A DNA stretch of 64,000 nt from Chrysomallon squamiferum (taxonomy: Eukaryota; Animalia; Mollusca). Location: the NCBI GenBank assembly GCA_012295275.1, contig CM022669.1, forward strand, positions 11,904,001-11,968,000, written 5' to 3'. The notes under the pieces were generated by a model that searched no databases, was not told the DNA's origin, and saw only the letters and a list, made by a program, of their open reading frames with translations. Of this stretch, positions 14,075 to 26,163 are shown piece after piece. A program made the position numbers and the translations under genes. Within the stretch, counting starts at the first letter, position 1, and every line of letters starts with the position of its first letter.

Positions 14075-16411
14075 AGGTGTGTTTGTGTACATGTATATTT
14101 AATAACAAAATTAACTATTTTCTGATGCATGTGTTTCAGCTCAGGCAAGATGACACCTTTTTGGTTCTTGGAACACAGAAACTGACAGAACTTCGAGATG
14201 TCATCACATGTGTCACTGATTTAACTGTAGCTGGCGACTTCAGTGATAACCCAGACACAACAAACTTCAGTCATGCCAAAGTAATTTATATTTCTTAGTT
14301 TTTCAGTATTTTAGCAAAAACAGAGATTCTACTGAATTTTTATTTTCATATTTGATGTTTGGTTATAGACAAACACACCCAGAGGTAGATTTAGAGAAAT
14401 TCTCTGAAAATTGTTATTTTCGTCAAAAAACATATGCAAATGCTATACAATTGCATAGTAATTATTTTAGTAAAAATATGGTTTGGTTTAGTTTATTGCT
14501 TTCTTTGTTTTACTATTATTGTTTAAATTATTATAATTTTTGTATTTGTAATTTTTCAGGATCTTTTCAAATCTGGCTTCTTTTTCATGGAAGGGATTTT
14601 TTACGATGATATGAGAGACCCCATGAACAGAAGATACAGCAAGTATGATTTTCTCTCTTGTATAAAACAGTGAAATGTGTGTGAACGTATTATTACATGC
14701 AAAGATATATTTAAACTTCAGTGAATGGAAACACATTTAATTTGATTTTTAGATTATAATTATCTTATAGTTAGACTCAGTATGTTACAAGAACTGCAGA
14801 CAAACTATCTGATCACAGGACAGGTTTATTTTAACAGTGGGAAAAAAAATATGTTTATTTATAAGGAAATATTGAAACAAATCATTAATAGTTTAAAAAT
14901 GGATATTACTTACAGTCTTGCAAACCAAGTTGTTATGTCACCAAATTGGTTATTTCAGCCTCAGTATAACACCCATTGTATGACACAGATAAAATAACAA
15001 TTTTAAAAAACAACAAATAATAGTTACAATAATATTTTATTAATCTCTTAACATTTATATCAATTTTAAAACTGATAATGAGCTTAATTACATATTATAA
15101 TCTTGGAGATCATAATAAAATAATATAAAATAAAATAAATGTTTACTTGTAATTATTCATTTGATTTTTTCTTCAGGGAGATTATCGAATGGTCAAAACA
15201 ACCTTCTCATGGACAGAATTCATTTGTAGCAAAAAATATGGAGGATGCAACTTTCTCTGATCTCACCATTCGTCTTGGCCAGCCATATCTCTACATGCAT
15301 CAAGGCAACTGTGAACATATTATTATTATTAGTGACATAAGGTATGTTAAATATCATTGTTGGCAAATAATCATTCATCATTTCTGCAAGGCTAAATTTT
15401 ATTACATATTTTATAATTAACTGATAATTTTAATTTTATAAAGAAAATGATGAGATGAAAGTTTTAAAGGATTGAAAACTGCCCAGTTGTTTCTTATTAA
15501 TGAAAATGGATAACAATTTTAAAAGAAGAGTTATTATTACAAATGCATCATCTCTGAGGAGTGGACCCATATCACACCTGCACCTGTTTATGGGTATGAT
15601 GGATAATAAAACTTGTTTCAGCCATATTGATAGCTTTCCTTCCCATTTATTTCTGACAGTTCAGTCAATGTTTCATTATTATCTTTAATCATCAAATTAT
15701 TAGATTTTATCTTTAATAATTAAACAATGTTTGTTAATGCTTTTTTAGATTGCTGCATTCATCCGATCCACAAGATGTCAAAAGTTATCCCTTTAAAACA
15801 AGACATAAACGTTCAAGGAGAACTATATGCAGAGCATGCATGACAGGGACAACAAAGTATACAGCATTTTTTTTAATCCGTTGACTGTAATAATTAAGAT
15901 ATCAATTCTTTCAGAGCTGTCAGTAGTAAAAAGCATGAAAACAGTTACTGTGGGAAATCAACATTTGAAACAAAAAAGGAAATTTGTTATTAGAAAATCT
16001 TCATGAGATAAATATAACTCAGTTAATTATTTCTGTAGTAATATTTATAAAGTGACCCACTGACTTCCAGTTACAAATACATTTTTTAAAATATATATAA
16101 ATAAATAAATAAACAATACACAGGTATTTATTTTTCTCAGGATATTTATTCATTTTTGAGAAACAAGGTTTAAGAAGGTTAAAATATATTAATAAACATT
16201 TCTGACATATTTCTTGTTCAAAATATTTTTGTTAAAATTCCTAATAATAGTTGTTTGTTTTTTCAGATGGATGATTGAGAAAAGCAATCTAATTCCTGAC
16301 AGTCCATGCTTTCTTTGTAACATCTGTTTTAAAATGCTGCTATATGACAAGAACAACAAAAAGATTGGCAATTTCGAAGCACAAAAATTCTATGATACTG
16401 CAGTAAAATAA
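12409..16411 (+). CDS. SNAPC3: snRNA-activating protein complex subunit 3 (SNAP50), about 376 aa
   Basis: Exons 12409-12602, 12887-12973, 13353-13446, 13695-13808, 14140-14280, 14560-14642, 15177-15341, 15749-15856, 16267-16411, all GT-AG and in frame. Motifs FLVLGTQKLTELRD, SGFFFMEGIFYDDMR, LTIRLGQPYLYMHQGNCEH, CRAC, PCFLCNICF. Confidence 0.95.
13998..14072. repeat. (CT)n microsatellite in a SNAPC3 intron
   Basis: Read directly from the sequence. Confidence 0.95.
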
Positions 16412-17781
16412 CCTGACATCTACAATAATCTGCCCATAAATAAACAGCCAGCTATAAACTGTTGGTAATTATTACTCATTTCCAGAGTAACTGTCTCTGA
16501 AATAAACATTTTACAAAGAGAGAAGGAAATGTGAGATAGTGTTGTGAGTTGGCTGAAAGCTGTGACACTATTCCACACAGAAAGTTATCTTCAGAAACGA
16601 TCCTGAAATATTTATTGAGTGGAAATAGTATGAGCTTCATTTAGCAAGTGAAAACCTTTTGCAAGTTCTGCTTTGACTCCAAGAACAAGAACACATAAAC
16701 GTTAAACAAAACAGAAAAAGTGTTGTAAAGTCTTTTTGCATAACTAGAAATTATAATCCAAGTCAAAATTACTAATTATTGTACTTGAAATAGTTGACCC
16801 ACCGCTGCCATGGAAAAGACATGTAAAATTACTTTAGTGAAATATATCTTCATAACCACAACAGCAATGTTGTCAGTAAAATTGTATACAAACAGTGAAT
16901 GGAAGAATACAAATCATTTAACACCTTGTCAGTAAAGGGAAATAACTTTATTTCAACATTTATATTATAAGTCCAGATAATTATATAACAAGACTGCAAT
17001 AAACAATATAATTTAAATGCAACACAATAATTTATTTTGAAGCATTAAGTCAATGAATAAATGATTCTTGACAACATAAAGCATTTTATATAATTAATAG
17101 ATAATTCCCTTGAAAATTGGCTTATAAGAATTGGGATTGTTAATTGATAAAGTAAATTTTATTTTGTGTCTGTAGTTTTAATTATTTTGAATACTTTATC
17201 AGAAATTGGTAAAATAACTATTTAATAAGTGTGTGTGTGTCTTCATCATTTGAAGTGAGTAGGCTATGAGCACCTGTGCTGGGTCTTTGGTTTTGTGTGC
17301 ACCTTAAGCACTTTCCCAAATGGACAAATAGAGTGAAATATAGTGAAAACTCTCTTTTGACATTTCAGTTTGAATACCATTTCACCCCTTCACTAAAAAG
17401 CCTGAAATCAAAATGAAAACTGAAACATGACCAATTGCCAAATACTGAATTAGAACTAATATGGGACAGCTCTCAAAAAAGGTTTTGAAAAGAAACTGTT
17501 TAGGCACTAAATAACGATATTAACATAAATGTTATATTTTTTATGCACATGTTGTTTGTTATTTGTTTGGTTTTTAATGAAACTACTCCTTAAAAATAAA
17601 TAAGTCCTTTCTTCTGGAAGTTTGTCCACTATATAATAATATGAATTACCATTTTTGCTCTTTAGATACAGATACGGTATTTAACTATATTTTTAATTTT
17701 GATATTTCTTGATTGTCAAAATATTCAAACATATTTTCTTTTATTTGGTTTGGAAACATTTGTTTTAATTTTTTCATTATA

Positions 17782-17835
<54 letters not shown>

Positions 17836-18234
17836 ATTCCTCGACTGGAAATATAAGAAACAGATTTTCTGTTTCTGACATTTGAATTTATGCATATCCA
17901 TGATACATTTCTAGTAGTTCATGGGCCAAGCATGGAATGTTTACTGAAGTGAATGACCAATGTACGTTTGTTCTTAGTGCTTTAAATGACTAAAATATTG
18001 TGTATTATAATACACTTAACCCTCCATTTAATGCATCTCGATTTGCCGAAATTCGGATCGCTCAGGGGTTAGCTAACCGTCTGAAAATGTCTTCTAAAGC
18101 ACACCAGTCTGTTTAAAATGGCCATCGGTGATTGAAAAAGATGAAAAAAAAAAGAAGAAAAAAGTCATAATTTAGTATAGGCAAAAACAAGGAAAAGGTG
18201 AATTTATATATATAGAGAGAGAGAGAGATAGATA

Positions 18235-19407
18235 GGAGTTGTTGATTTCGGCTGTGACGTTAACAACCATAAGGTTGTTTCCATCATCTTACTCAGTGCA
18301 CCATATTACGTGGCCGACGCTGACTTTCACCTGTTCTGTGGGTTGATCGTCGTACGAATAACTTGTTTGAAGATTGGATGATTGTGGGTTACTACCACGC
18401 CTCAACCTAGCGGGTTATATAATGGTTTTAACATTAGCAGGCAACATTAAGCATCATTATCCAAAAAGGTGCATTTGGCGGGGTTCGGAAAAAAATGGTA
18501 CCAGAGAAAAATGACACCCGGAAGAAATGGCACTATGTAGATTTGGAAAAAATGTTACTTGAAAAATGTTTGATTGCTTATTCATATTTTGTTACTGGTA
18601 GTAGGTGTGTGTGTGTGTGTGTGTGAATTGACTGAATGTTATTCTGGAAGCTATTTTAACTGTGGTATGAGTATTTACATTAGGTACATCTGTATGAATG
18701 TGCCTGTATGTATGCACGTACTTATGCATCTATGTACGTGTGCAAGCATAGATATATGTAAGTGTATATGTGTAATACTGAACTCTGATATTATACTGTG
18801 TTAAGCAAAACCAAGTGGCTGAGTGAAGCTATATATTAATATACATGTATATAACAATGTTGCATGAATAAACTGTATTTTCAAAAATACTTTAAAGTTT
18901 TTTTTTTTTTTTTTTTTTTTGAAACAGCTATACAGAAAAAATAAATAAGGTGCCATTTTTTCCAAATCTGCACAGTACAATTTCTTCCGGTTGCATTTTT
19001 TTCCAAATCTGCACAGTGCAATTTGAATTTCTTCCGGTTGCAATTTTTTCCAGATGCCGTTTGTTCCGGTGCTATTTCTTCCTACACCCACAGTTGGCAA
19101 CCCAGGTCCACAACAGGATCGACGACGCACGCTATGTGCAGCTCCAAGAGCTCCTTCGCTACCTGTATTTCGATCGTCTTCAGGACCGCATGACTGTGAC
19201 AGAATTCCCCTGTGGAATCGGTTGGAATATCCGTTTAAAGCACCAAATCGAAAATATTAAACATTCTCAAAAACTCTCAGTGACAAAATCTTTCATTTCC
19301 TAATACGCTGTTTTCTATTGACAAATTTTTTCCCTGTGACTTTCTTCCTATTTTTTGTATGTATGTGTGTGTGGAGGGGGGAAATCTGTGACTTTTTCCC
19401 TACATTC
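18235..19407 (+). mobile_element. Decayed Mutator-like (MULE) DNA transposon: transposase C-terminal relic plus right terminus
   Basis: Fragments read RLFPSSYSVHHIT, DRRTNNLFEDW..VGYYHAST*RVI*WF, ATLSIIIQKGAFG|NPGP, YVQLQELLRYLYFDRLQDRMTVTEFPCGIGWNIR. These resemble the MULE FP..W-V / RTNN..EGW / HHPS.W C-terminal motifs, with stops and frameshifts. The relic ends in TGTGACTTTTTCCCTACATTC. Confidence 0.7.
18480..19089. mobile_element. Non-autonomous MITE with long sub-repeated TIRs, nested in the MULE relic
   Basis: 18480-18565 (GGAAAAAAATGG..CCGGAAGAAATGGCACTATGTAGATTTGGAAAAAATG) is an inverted match to 18951-19089. Flanks GCATTTGGC (18471-18479) and ACAGTTGGC (19090-19098) match at 7/9 positions, consistent with a 9-bp TSD. 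Confidence 0.75.
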
Positions 19408-20345
19408 GTGCATTCAATGAATGTGATTCATACTCATGATACTGTCCTGCAGGGTAAGTAAAACTGAATTTAAAGTAAATTTACATGTATATATTATTGT
19501 TTAAATGTATGGTTAAATGCAGATTCAACTGTATATTGTTGTGGTTATTAAAAACTGAAAATAACTTCTTTTTTTTTTCATTTAATTATTATTATATGTC
19601 TTATATTAATAATAATAACAAAAATCAGTAAAATGCCTCCCGAAAGGAAGGAAAATAAGCAAAGAAGAATAGAGAGAGTTTAACCATTTGTTTCTCTTTG
19701 TAACGCTTTATGCTGTGCAAGTATAAATATAGACTAACTGAAACCAATCTAAATTCATTTCGAAGTTGTTGATTTTACTCTAATCAATTTTCAAATGATG
19801 AAAACTCAAAATTGCATTTTTCATATGTTAACATTGCCTGCGGAAGTAAATTTTGGTATGATTAAAATTTTGTATACATAAAGTAACATGATAACGTCAT
19901 ATGTATTATTAGTATTATTTAACTCGTTTATTAAATAATTAATAAATCGAAATTTTTGTGACCGATGTAGCGATACTAATAGTAATACTAATTATACTTA
20001 GTTTTACTACCATTGTTGAATCATTGTATCAATCATTCAGTGTGTACCATTATATCAGTAGTATCATACTAAATAATAGATTGATGAATATTATGGTTAA
20101 GGGGAATACCCTCTATTTCTAATTTCCGATTTTTAATGTAATTTAAAATAAAAGCTGAAGATGTTTAAAACGAAAGTTCTTGTTATTTGGGAAAGCGTTT
20201 CGATCGTTGGCCCATCTTTTGTTTGTTTATTTATTTATTTATTTATTATTTTGGGGATAAAAATAGTTTTTTGAAACTTTCATAATATTTTGAATTTTTA
20301 TTGATTTAATTTTAGCAAGTAACAGATGTTCATATCTCTGAAAAA

Positions 20346-21825
20346 ATGGTCAAATACATCCCTGGAGATGTGGTTTGGGTCAAGGTTACTCGTTGCCCAT
20401 GGTGGCCAGCCGAGGTTCTTAATTTTTAATTGTATATAACAGTAAATTATGTCATATTATTGTATTAATTAAGTAAAGAAAACAGCAAAAACAAACATTA
20501 AAAACATTGCAGATAAACTTCATGTAAGGTTAAGAAATATTTTTTTTTTTAATAAAATGTAATAATTGTAATAATGGATAAAGATAGTTCATTATACGTC
20601 TGTTTGAAAGCTGAAAATAATTTACTAAATGATACACAAATTGTCGTGTGTTTTATCACTAATGTTATCAAATAGTGTTCACTGTAAATATACATGGATT
20701 CTTTTAACATACTAATTATATAGAACTAATTTTGATCATGACATTACAAAATATTTAATGACTAAATTTATGCTCTTGTTTTATAAAATACCAGGTGCTA
20801 GATCCAAAATTGTGTCCATTGCCAAACAAGAGTGCTCAAAGATCCTTCATTGCCTTTGTAAAATTTTTCAATGAAGATGAATAGTGAGTTTTTCATATTC
20901 TTTATGACAGTGTGTATTATAAATAGATAGATAGATATAGATATATAGATATACACACACACACACACTCACACACACATATTTACATACATACATACAT
21001 ACACAAACATTTCTTTTACAGTACTTACTTAGAGGAACCATTTTTTTAACTGAATGACTTCATTTATATCGTTTTTTTTTTTTTTTTTATTTTAGTCAAG
21101 TTGTAACTTGTGAATCAAATATAATGCCTTTTAGATGTCCACGGATGTTGGAATTAATAAAAAAGGGTAAGAATTGAACATATTTTAAAAAAAATACATT
21201 GAATTGTAAATTATTATACAAAATAGCAATACACATTTTTGTTTTGTTTTTAAGTGATACTGGAAAATATTTAAATAATATAAAAAAAAAAAAAATAGTA
21301 TTTTCCTTAATACTCCTATTTATTAAAACACTATATAACAAAGATAAAATAATAAAAAATATAGATATAAAACTAAAGGTTTACAGTAAGATTATTGGTA
21401 CAGAATTTGTAATGTAAACTATATAATTCACTTTGCTTTTGGAATGGATATTTTATAGAAACAGTGTGTATTACAGCTGAGATGTATTTTGGCTGCTGGT
21501 ATTTTTGAAGTTCATTATTTTTTTTGTTTAATGATATTTTTAATTTTGAATTAAAAAGCTGAAACAAAATCTCTTTAATCTGACAGGGCAGAATGAAAGG
21601 CGGTCTAGTTTGTCTAACAGATTCCAACCTGCCGTTGCTATGGCAGAGCAGAAACTTAGCAACTACAGTCCAGCCACTCTTTCTAGATGCAGTTCTAGGT
21701 TAGTTAATAATATATCATTTATTAAATTTAAAAAAGCCTGATAAGCCTTTTATTATCAATAATGTATATTATTTATAAATATAAGGTATTAACAATTAAA
21801 TAAATGCCAGAGTTATATTAGGTTG

Positions 21826-21859
<34 letters not shown>

Positions 21860-24800
21860 CTTTTGAAACATTTTGTTGAGGTTCATTAAAATGATTTTAG
21901 GAAATCTTTCAGTTATTTATCCTGTCAGTTTTGTATCCTATCCATAGAACAGTTTACTTTAACCATGATTTCTTCTTTAATTTTATTTTATTTGAAATCT
22001 TCCGTTGTTACAGTGTTTCAGCCTATGATCCTAATCTAGATGAAGAAAGCAGCTGTAGTGATTCAGAACTTCCTGAAGGACTGACTATACCAGATGCAAG
22101 TAAGTTCATTTTTCCATTCTTTTCAGGATACCTTAAACAAAAAAAAAAATGGGAAAAATAAATAAATCAGACTCAGAAAAATATCCATTACTATTTTGTT
22201 TTGCTTTCTTTATTACTTTTTTATATCTGTTTAGATATGATGGCCATCCATGAAAATGACGCTGTCTGGGCTAAGTACAGAAAATTTCCTTACTGGCCTG
22301 CAGTTGTAAGTATTGAAAATATGATTTTATTTTTATAGATAATTTTGGTGTATAATCAAATGTTATAGAAAGCAATAGGATAAGACAGAAGCATACGAAT
22401 AACATGAAACATTTCTTTTTAATTAACAAAATTTTTATAACAATATATTTATTATAATTGAGATCACAGCAGAGACATGATTTTGAATAATATTTTTATG
22501 TATTAATTTTTTTTTCTTTCTCTTTTCTTCCAGGTACAGAGAGTGAAGAAAGAAAAAAGACTAGCCTTATCATTTCTTGGACAGAATTCTGATACTAAAA
22601 AACGGCAATTTAGCAGTTTCTTTATGCACTTATAACTAAAATCTGAAAGAAACATTTTATAGGCCATCATAGTAGAATTAGATTTTCATTTAACATAATT
22701 TATAATCTGGCTTTAATATAGAAATATGATGATTCAATACTAATCTAAATTTACAGTCTTTTTCTCTACACTGTGATTCAAATTGAATAATTTTGATGAT
22801 AAAAATAACTTATTTTTATATTTCGAATATATTATGCCAATTAAATATTGTAATGGTTACAGCATTCTTATTAACCAGTAATTTGTGGTCTATTTTCAGA
22901 TTTTTTATGCACTTTGGAAAGCATAATATACTTCCATTTTCACATTCTAAAAGAAAAGAGTTTGAAGTAAGTATGTGATTGTATCACTGTTAAGATATTA
23001 ATGATCTGAGTTTGTTTTAAAATCTTTCCAAAATGACTAGAAATCATTTAACTGCAAAACCTATTTTAACTATAAATTTACATTCTTCAGAATTAATTTA
23101 GAAAAATATTTATGATAAGGCACATGACTACAACTGTTTTTTGTGTATTTGATACATAGAAACTCATAAATAGCATCTTTTGTGGCATCTATAAAACTTT
23201 GTTAACTTAAAAGAAAGGACAAAAATTAATATAGAATTATTATGATTTTGTAAAAAAAAATTCAGGCCTTTTTTTATTCCACTTACTTCTATCTCACAAT
23301 ACTGGTTTTGTTTTGAATAATAACAATATCCTAAATTTTAATTTTTTTAGGAAATGGGCGAGACATTAAACGAACCACTCCGATCACAGTTTCAGAATGC
23401 TGTTCGGGAAGCTGAAGTGTACATCAACAAAAAAGCTCTTCAGTGTTTTGGTTTTTATTTTTCACTTTCCCTGTGTTTCTTTTCCTTTTAATGTAGTCAC
23501 TTGAAATCCAGTATCCATAAAAAGAAATTTAAAAAATCTTTTTAAAAAGAAAGAATCTTGTAAATTGTTGTTGCTATTATATAAAATTACTATTATTACT
23601 AATAGTAGTATTAAATTATTAATTATATTATTATTATTATTATTATTAGTTTTTTTTACCTTATTAAGATTCAAGAAATTTTTAAAAATAATCATGAAGG
23701 TAAAAATAAATATTTTTAAAAAAGTCAAATTTACTGTTTCTGTAGTTTTGTATTTAGATTATCTGTTGGATGATATTAATAACTGTAAACAAAAAGTGAT
23801 GTTTCAGACAGTTTTTTTTTTTTTGTTATATTACATTCAGGAGATGAAAAAGTAGAGAATGACTCTGGCGCATCTTTTAACAATACTATTGAAAGTGAAC
23901 CAGAAACACCAAGACCTTCAGATGGTGATGCACCTCCAGTGAAGAAAAGACGCCTGTCAGCTCCGGCCTGTAACAATAAAAGCTCAAAACAAGATGAAAT
24001 GGAGTAAGCTTTCCTCGATCTCAGAAGTTACTCTGGTTGTGTTTGTACAAATATTTTAAAATACCTGTTTAGAATTGAAGAAATGGAGAATTGTAGATGC
24101 AGTTTAGCTCTGTTCAGACAAATCTGTCGTGTATGTGTCATATAAAAGGTAGATAATTTTTATCCAGAGCATGAGAGTGATGTTAATAATCTGTTGATAG
24201 TTCACCGTGTTCAAATTAAAATAGATGTATTAATTAATTGTTTCTGTCAGATGCTTCTACAAGTTACTTTTAAAAACAAAATCTTATTCTAACATTCTTT
24301 TGAACAGAAGCAGGAAAAAAAAATTAAAGGCTAGAAATAAGAGAATTGTGGATTTCATTTTATCATCTGAAATGCAGGTAATTTATTTTAATAATATTTT
24401 ATTTTATTTACTAATTTATTTTTCAAACAGTTGCTTTTATTTGATAGTGAGCTGTTTTTTTTTTTTTTTTTTAACTGATTGGTTAAACATTGTACAGTTC
24501 AAATTTTCATCCATAATATGACAACTAAACATTAATAATATAAACTATATTACAGGTTTATAATCAGAAATATTTTTTAAATATATTAATGCTGAAAAAA
24601 AAAAAAAAAATTATATCAACAGTTCTTAAATCTTTGAAAAAATAATTATATTTTTTTTATTTAGAAATACCTCTTACAAATTTATAACAAAGAAAAAAAA
24701 AGTGATCTTCATCAAAAATACCAGACAAGTCAGGGAGAACGAAACAGACTGCGACATGCAGGATATGGTCCTATTGAAAATGAAGAACAGGTGACAAACA

Positions 24801-26163
24801 GAATGATATTAAATTTTAAAATTATCAGCCATGTCTGTCTTTTCTGAAAATCATTAAAGTGTGTTTATATAAAAATGGTATTCTGAATTGCTGAATATAC
24901 ACAATACTCTAACTTGAAATATTGCATATTTTGTGCATAAAATACAATTAAAAATAGATTTGTACATTTTCTTTAGTGAATTTGTTTAATCATTGCAGGA
25001 ATTAGATTTTCTCAAGCCATTAATTATTAATGATGTAGTTAGACCTGCAGTTTCGTTTAGCAAGGATGTCAGACAATCATCCATTTGTGAATATTTCAAG
25101 AAATTATTTTAGCCATTGATTGTCATCTGCATTTTCTGCTCTGTTAAATATGTTATTTACTAGTCTGGTAGATTCCTAGAGTACAAGAAGAATTAATCAT
25201 TTGTTTTTTAATTTGGTTACAGCAAGATGAAATTACATTTAAATTGGTTGAATGGATGAGAGAAATTACTGGAACTACCATTGTGGACCTAAGCTACATA
25301 TTGGATGTATGGGTTCCTGAGGTAATAATAGTAATAATTATGGTGAATAAGAATGAAAATATTTAACAAATACCTCAATTCTTATTTACAGTTATTTGGA
25401 GTTGAAAATACACTTAGAACAGTAGTCTTATTAATAATAACCTAAAAAAGTTAATTCTAATTATAAAGTGATTTAAATAAATAGTATTTGCAGTCAAACA
25501 GTAAATTTAACTGAATGTTAAAAAATTGTAAATGATCATTACATATAAAGGGATGAACAAGTTTGGTTTCTGAAAATTTGTTCTGTGTTTTCACATTGAC
25601 TAATTTTGTCAGAAGATCAGAAATGTTAAGATGGCAGCATTCTAATATTTTGCTGTAGTGTTATTTTATTGTCACACTTTGTTCTTAACTGTGATAGGTT
25701 GCCCAGAAAAAAAATATAATAATAACTTGAAGCTATAAAGAACTTCTTAAGAAATTTATTTTACACCTCAATATCAGATATTAAACAGGTATCACAATAT
25801 CTTGGTTAAATACCATTCTGGAAGATGATTTAAATTAATCTTCTTCAGATGGCCTTAATAAATGACATTTCCTGAGAGGAAATACCATTTATAGTTCTGT
25901 AAATTTAAAAAAAAAACATTTTTAGATTTAGTGTTTTTGTAACTAAGGACATGTTATGATTTGAATTGTAAATATTTGTTGTTGTCATTTATGTGTTTTA
26001 TCTGCAGGCTGTTGTCTATGCGCTGATAAAAGTGAAGCAATACAGTCGAAGTCGAGCATGGAAAGTCTTTTGGAAAGGTTACAAAATGACTAAGGCAGAA
26101 TGTAAAGAAATCCACAATCACTTAACACATCTCACAGATGGTGCCACATCAATGAGTAAATGA
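20346..26163 (+). CDS. PWWP3A/MUM1(EXPAND1)-like chromatin protein with two PWWP domains, about 449 aa
   Basis: Exons 20346-20414, 20795-20883, 21096-21166, 21587-21698, 22014-22099, 22235-22305, 22534-22604, 22900-22966, 23351-23450, 23841-24003, 24308-24377, 24665-24790, 25223-25321, 26008-26163; one GC donor is required. Motifs GDVVWVKVTRCPWWPAEV and VWAKYRKFPYWPAVV, plus a MUM1-type C-terminus (NKRIVDFI; YILDVWVPEAVVYAL). Confidence 0.85.

Noticed and set aside
17230-17420. Minus-strand acceptor near 17402 followed by GC-richer sequence
   Set aside because: All three frames close quickly; no donor partner or RNA family was recognised.
18951-19089. Short repeats as a CRISPR-like array
   Set aside because: Eukaryotic context, no unique spacers, and they are explained as TIR sub-repeats.
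18801-19303. ORFs of 109, 117 and 68 aa as real genes
   Set aside because: They span MITE TIR repeats and a frameshifted transposase relic.
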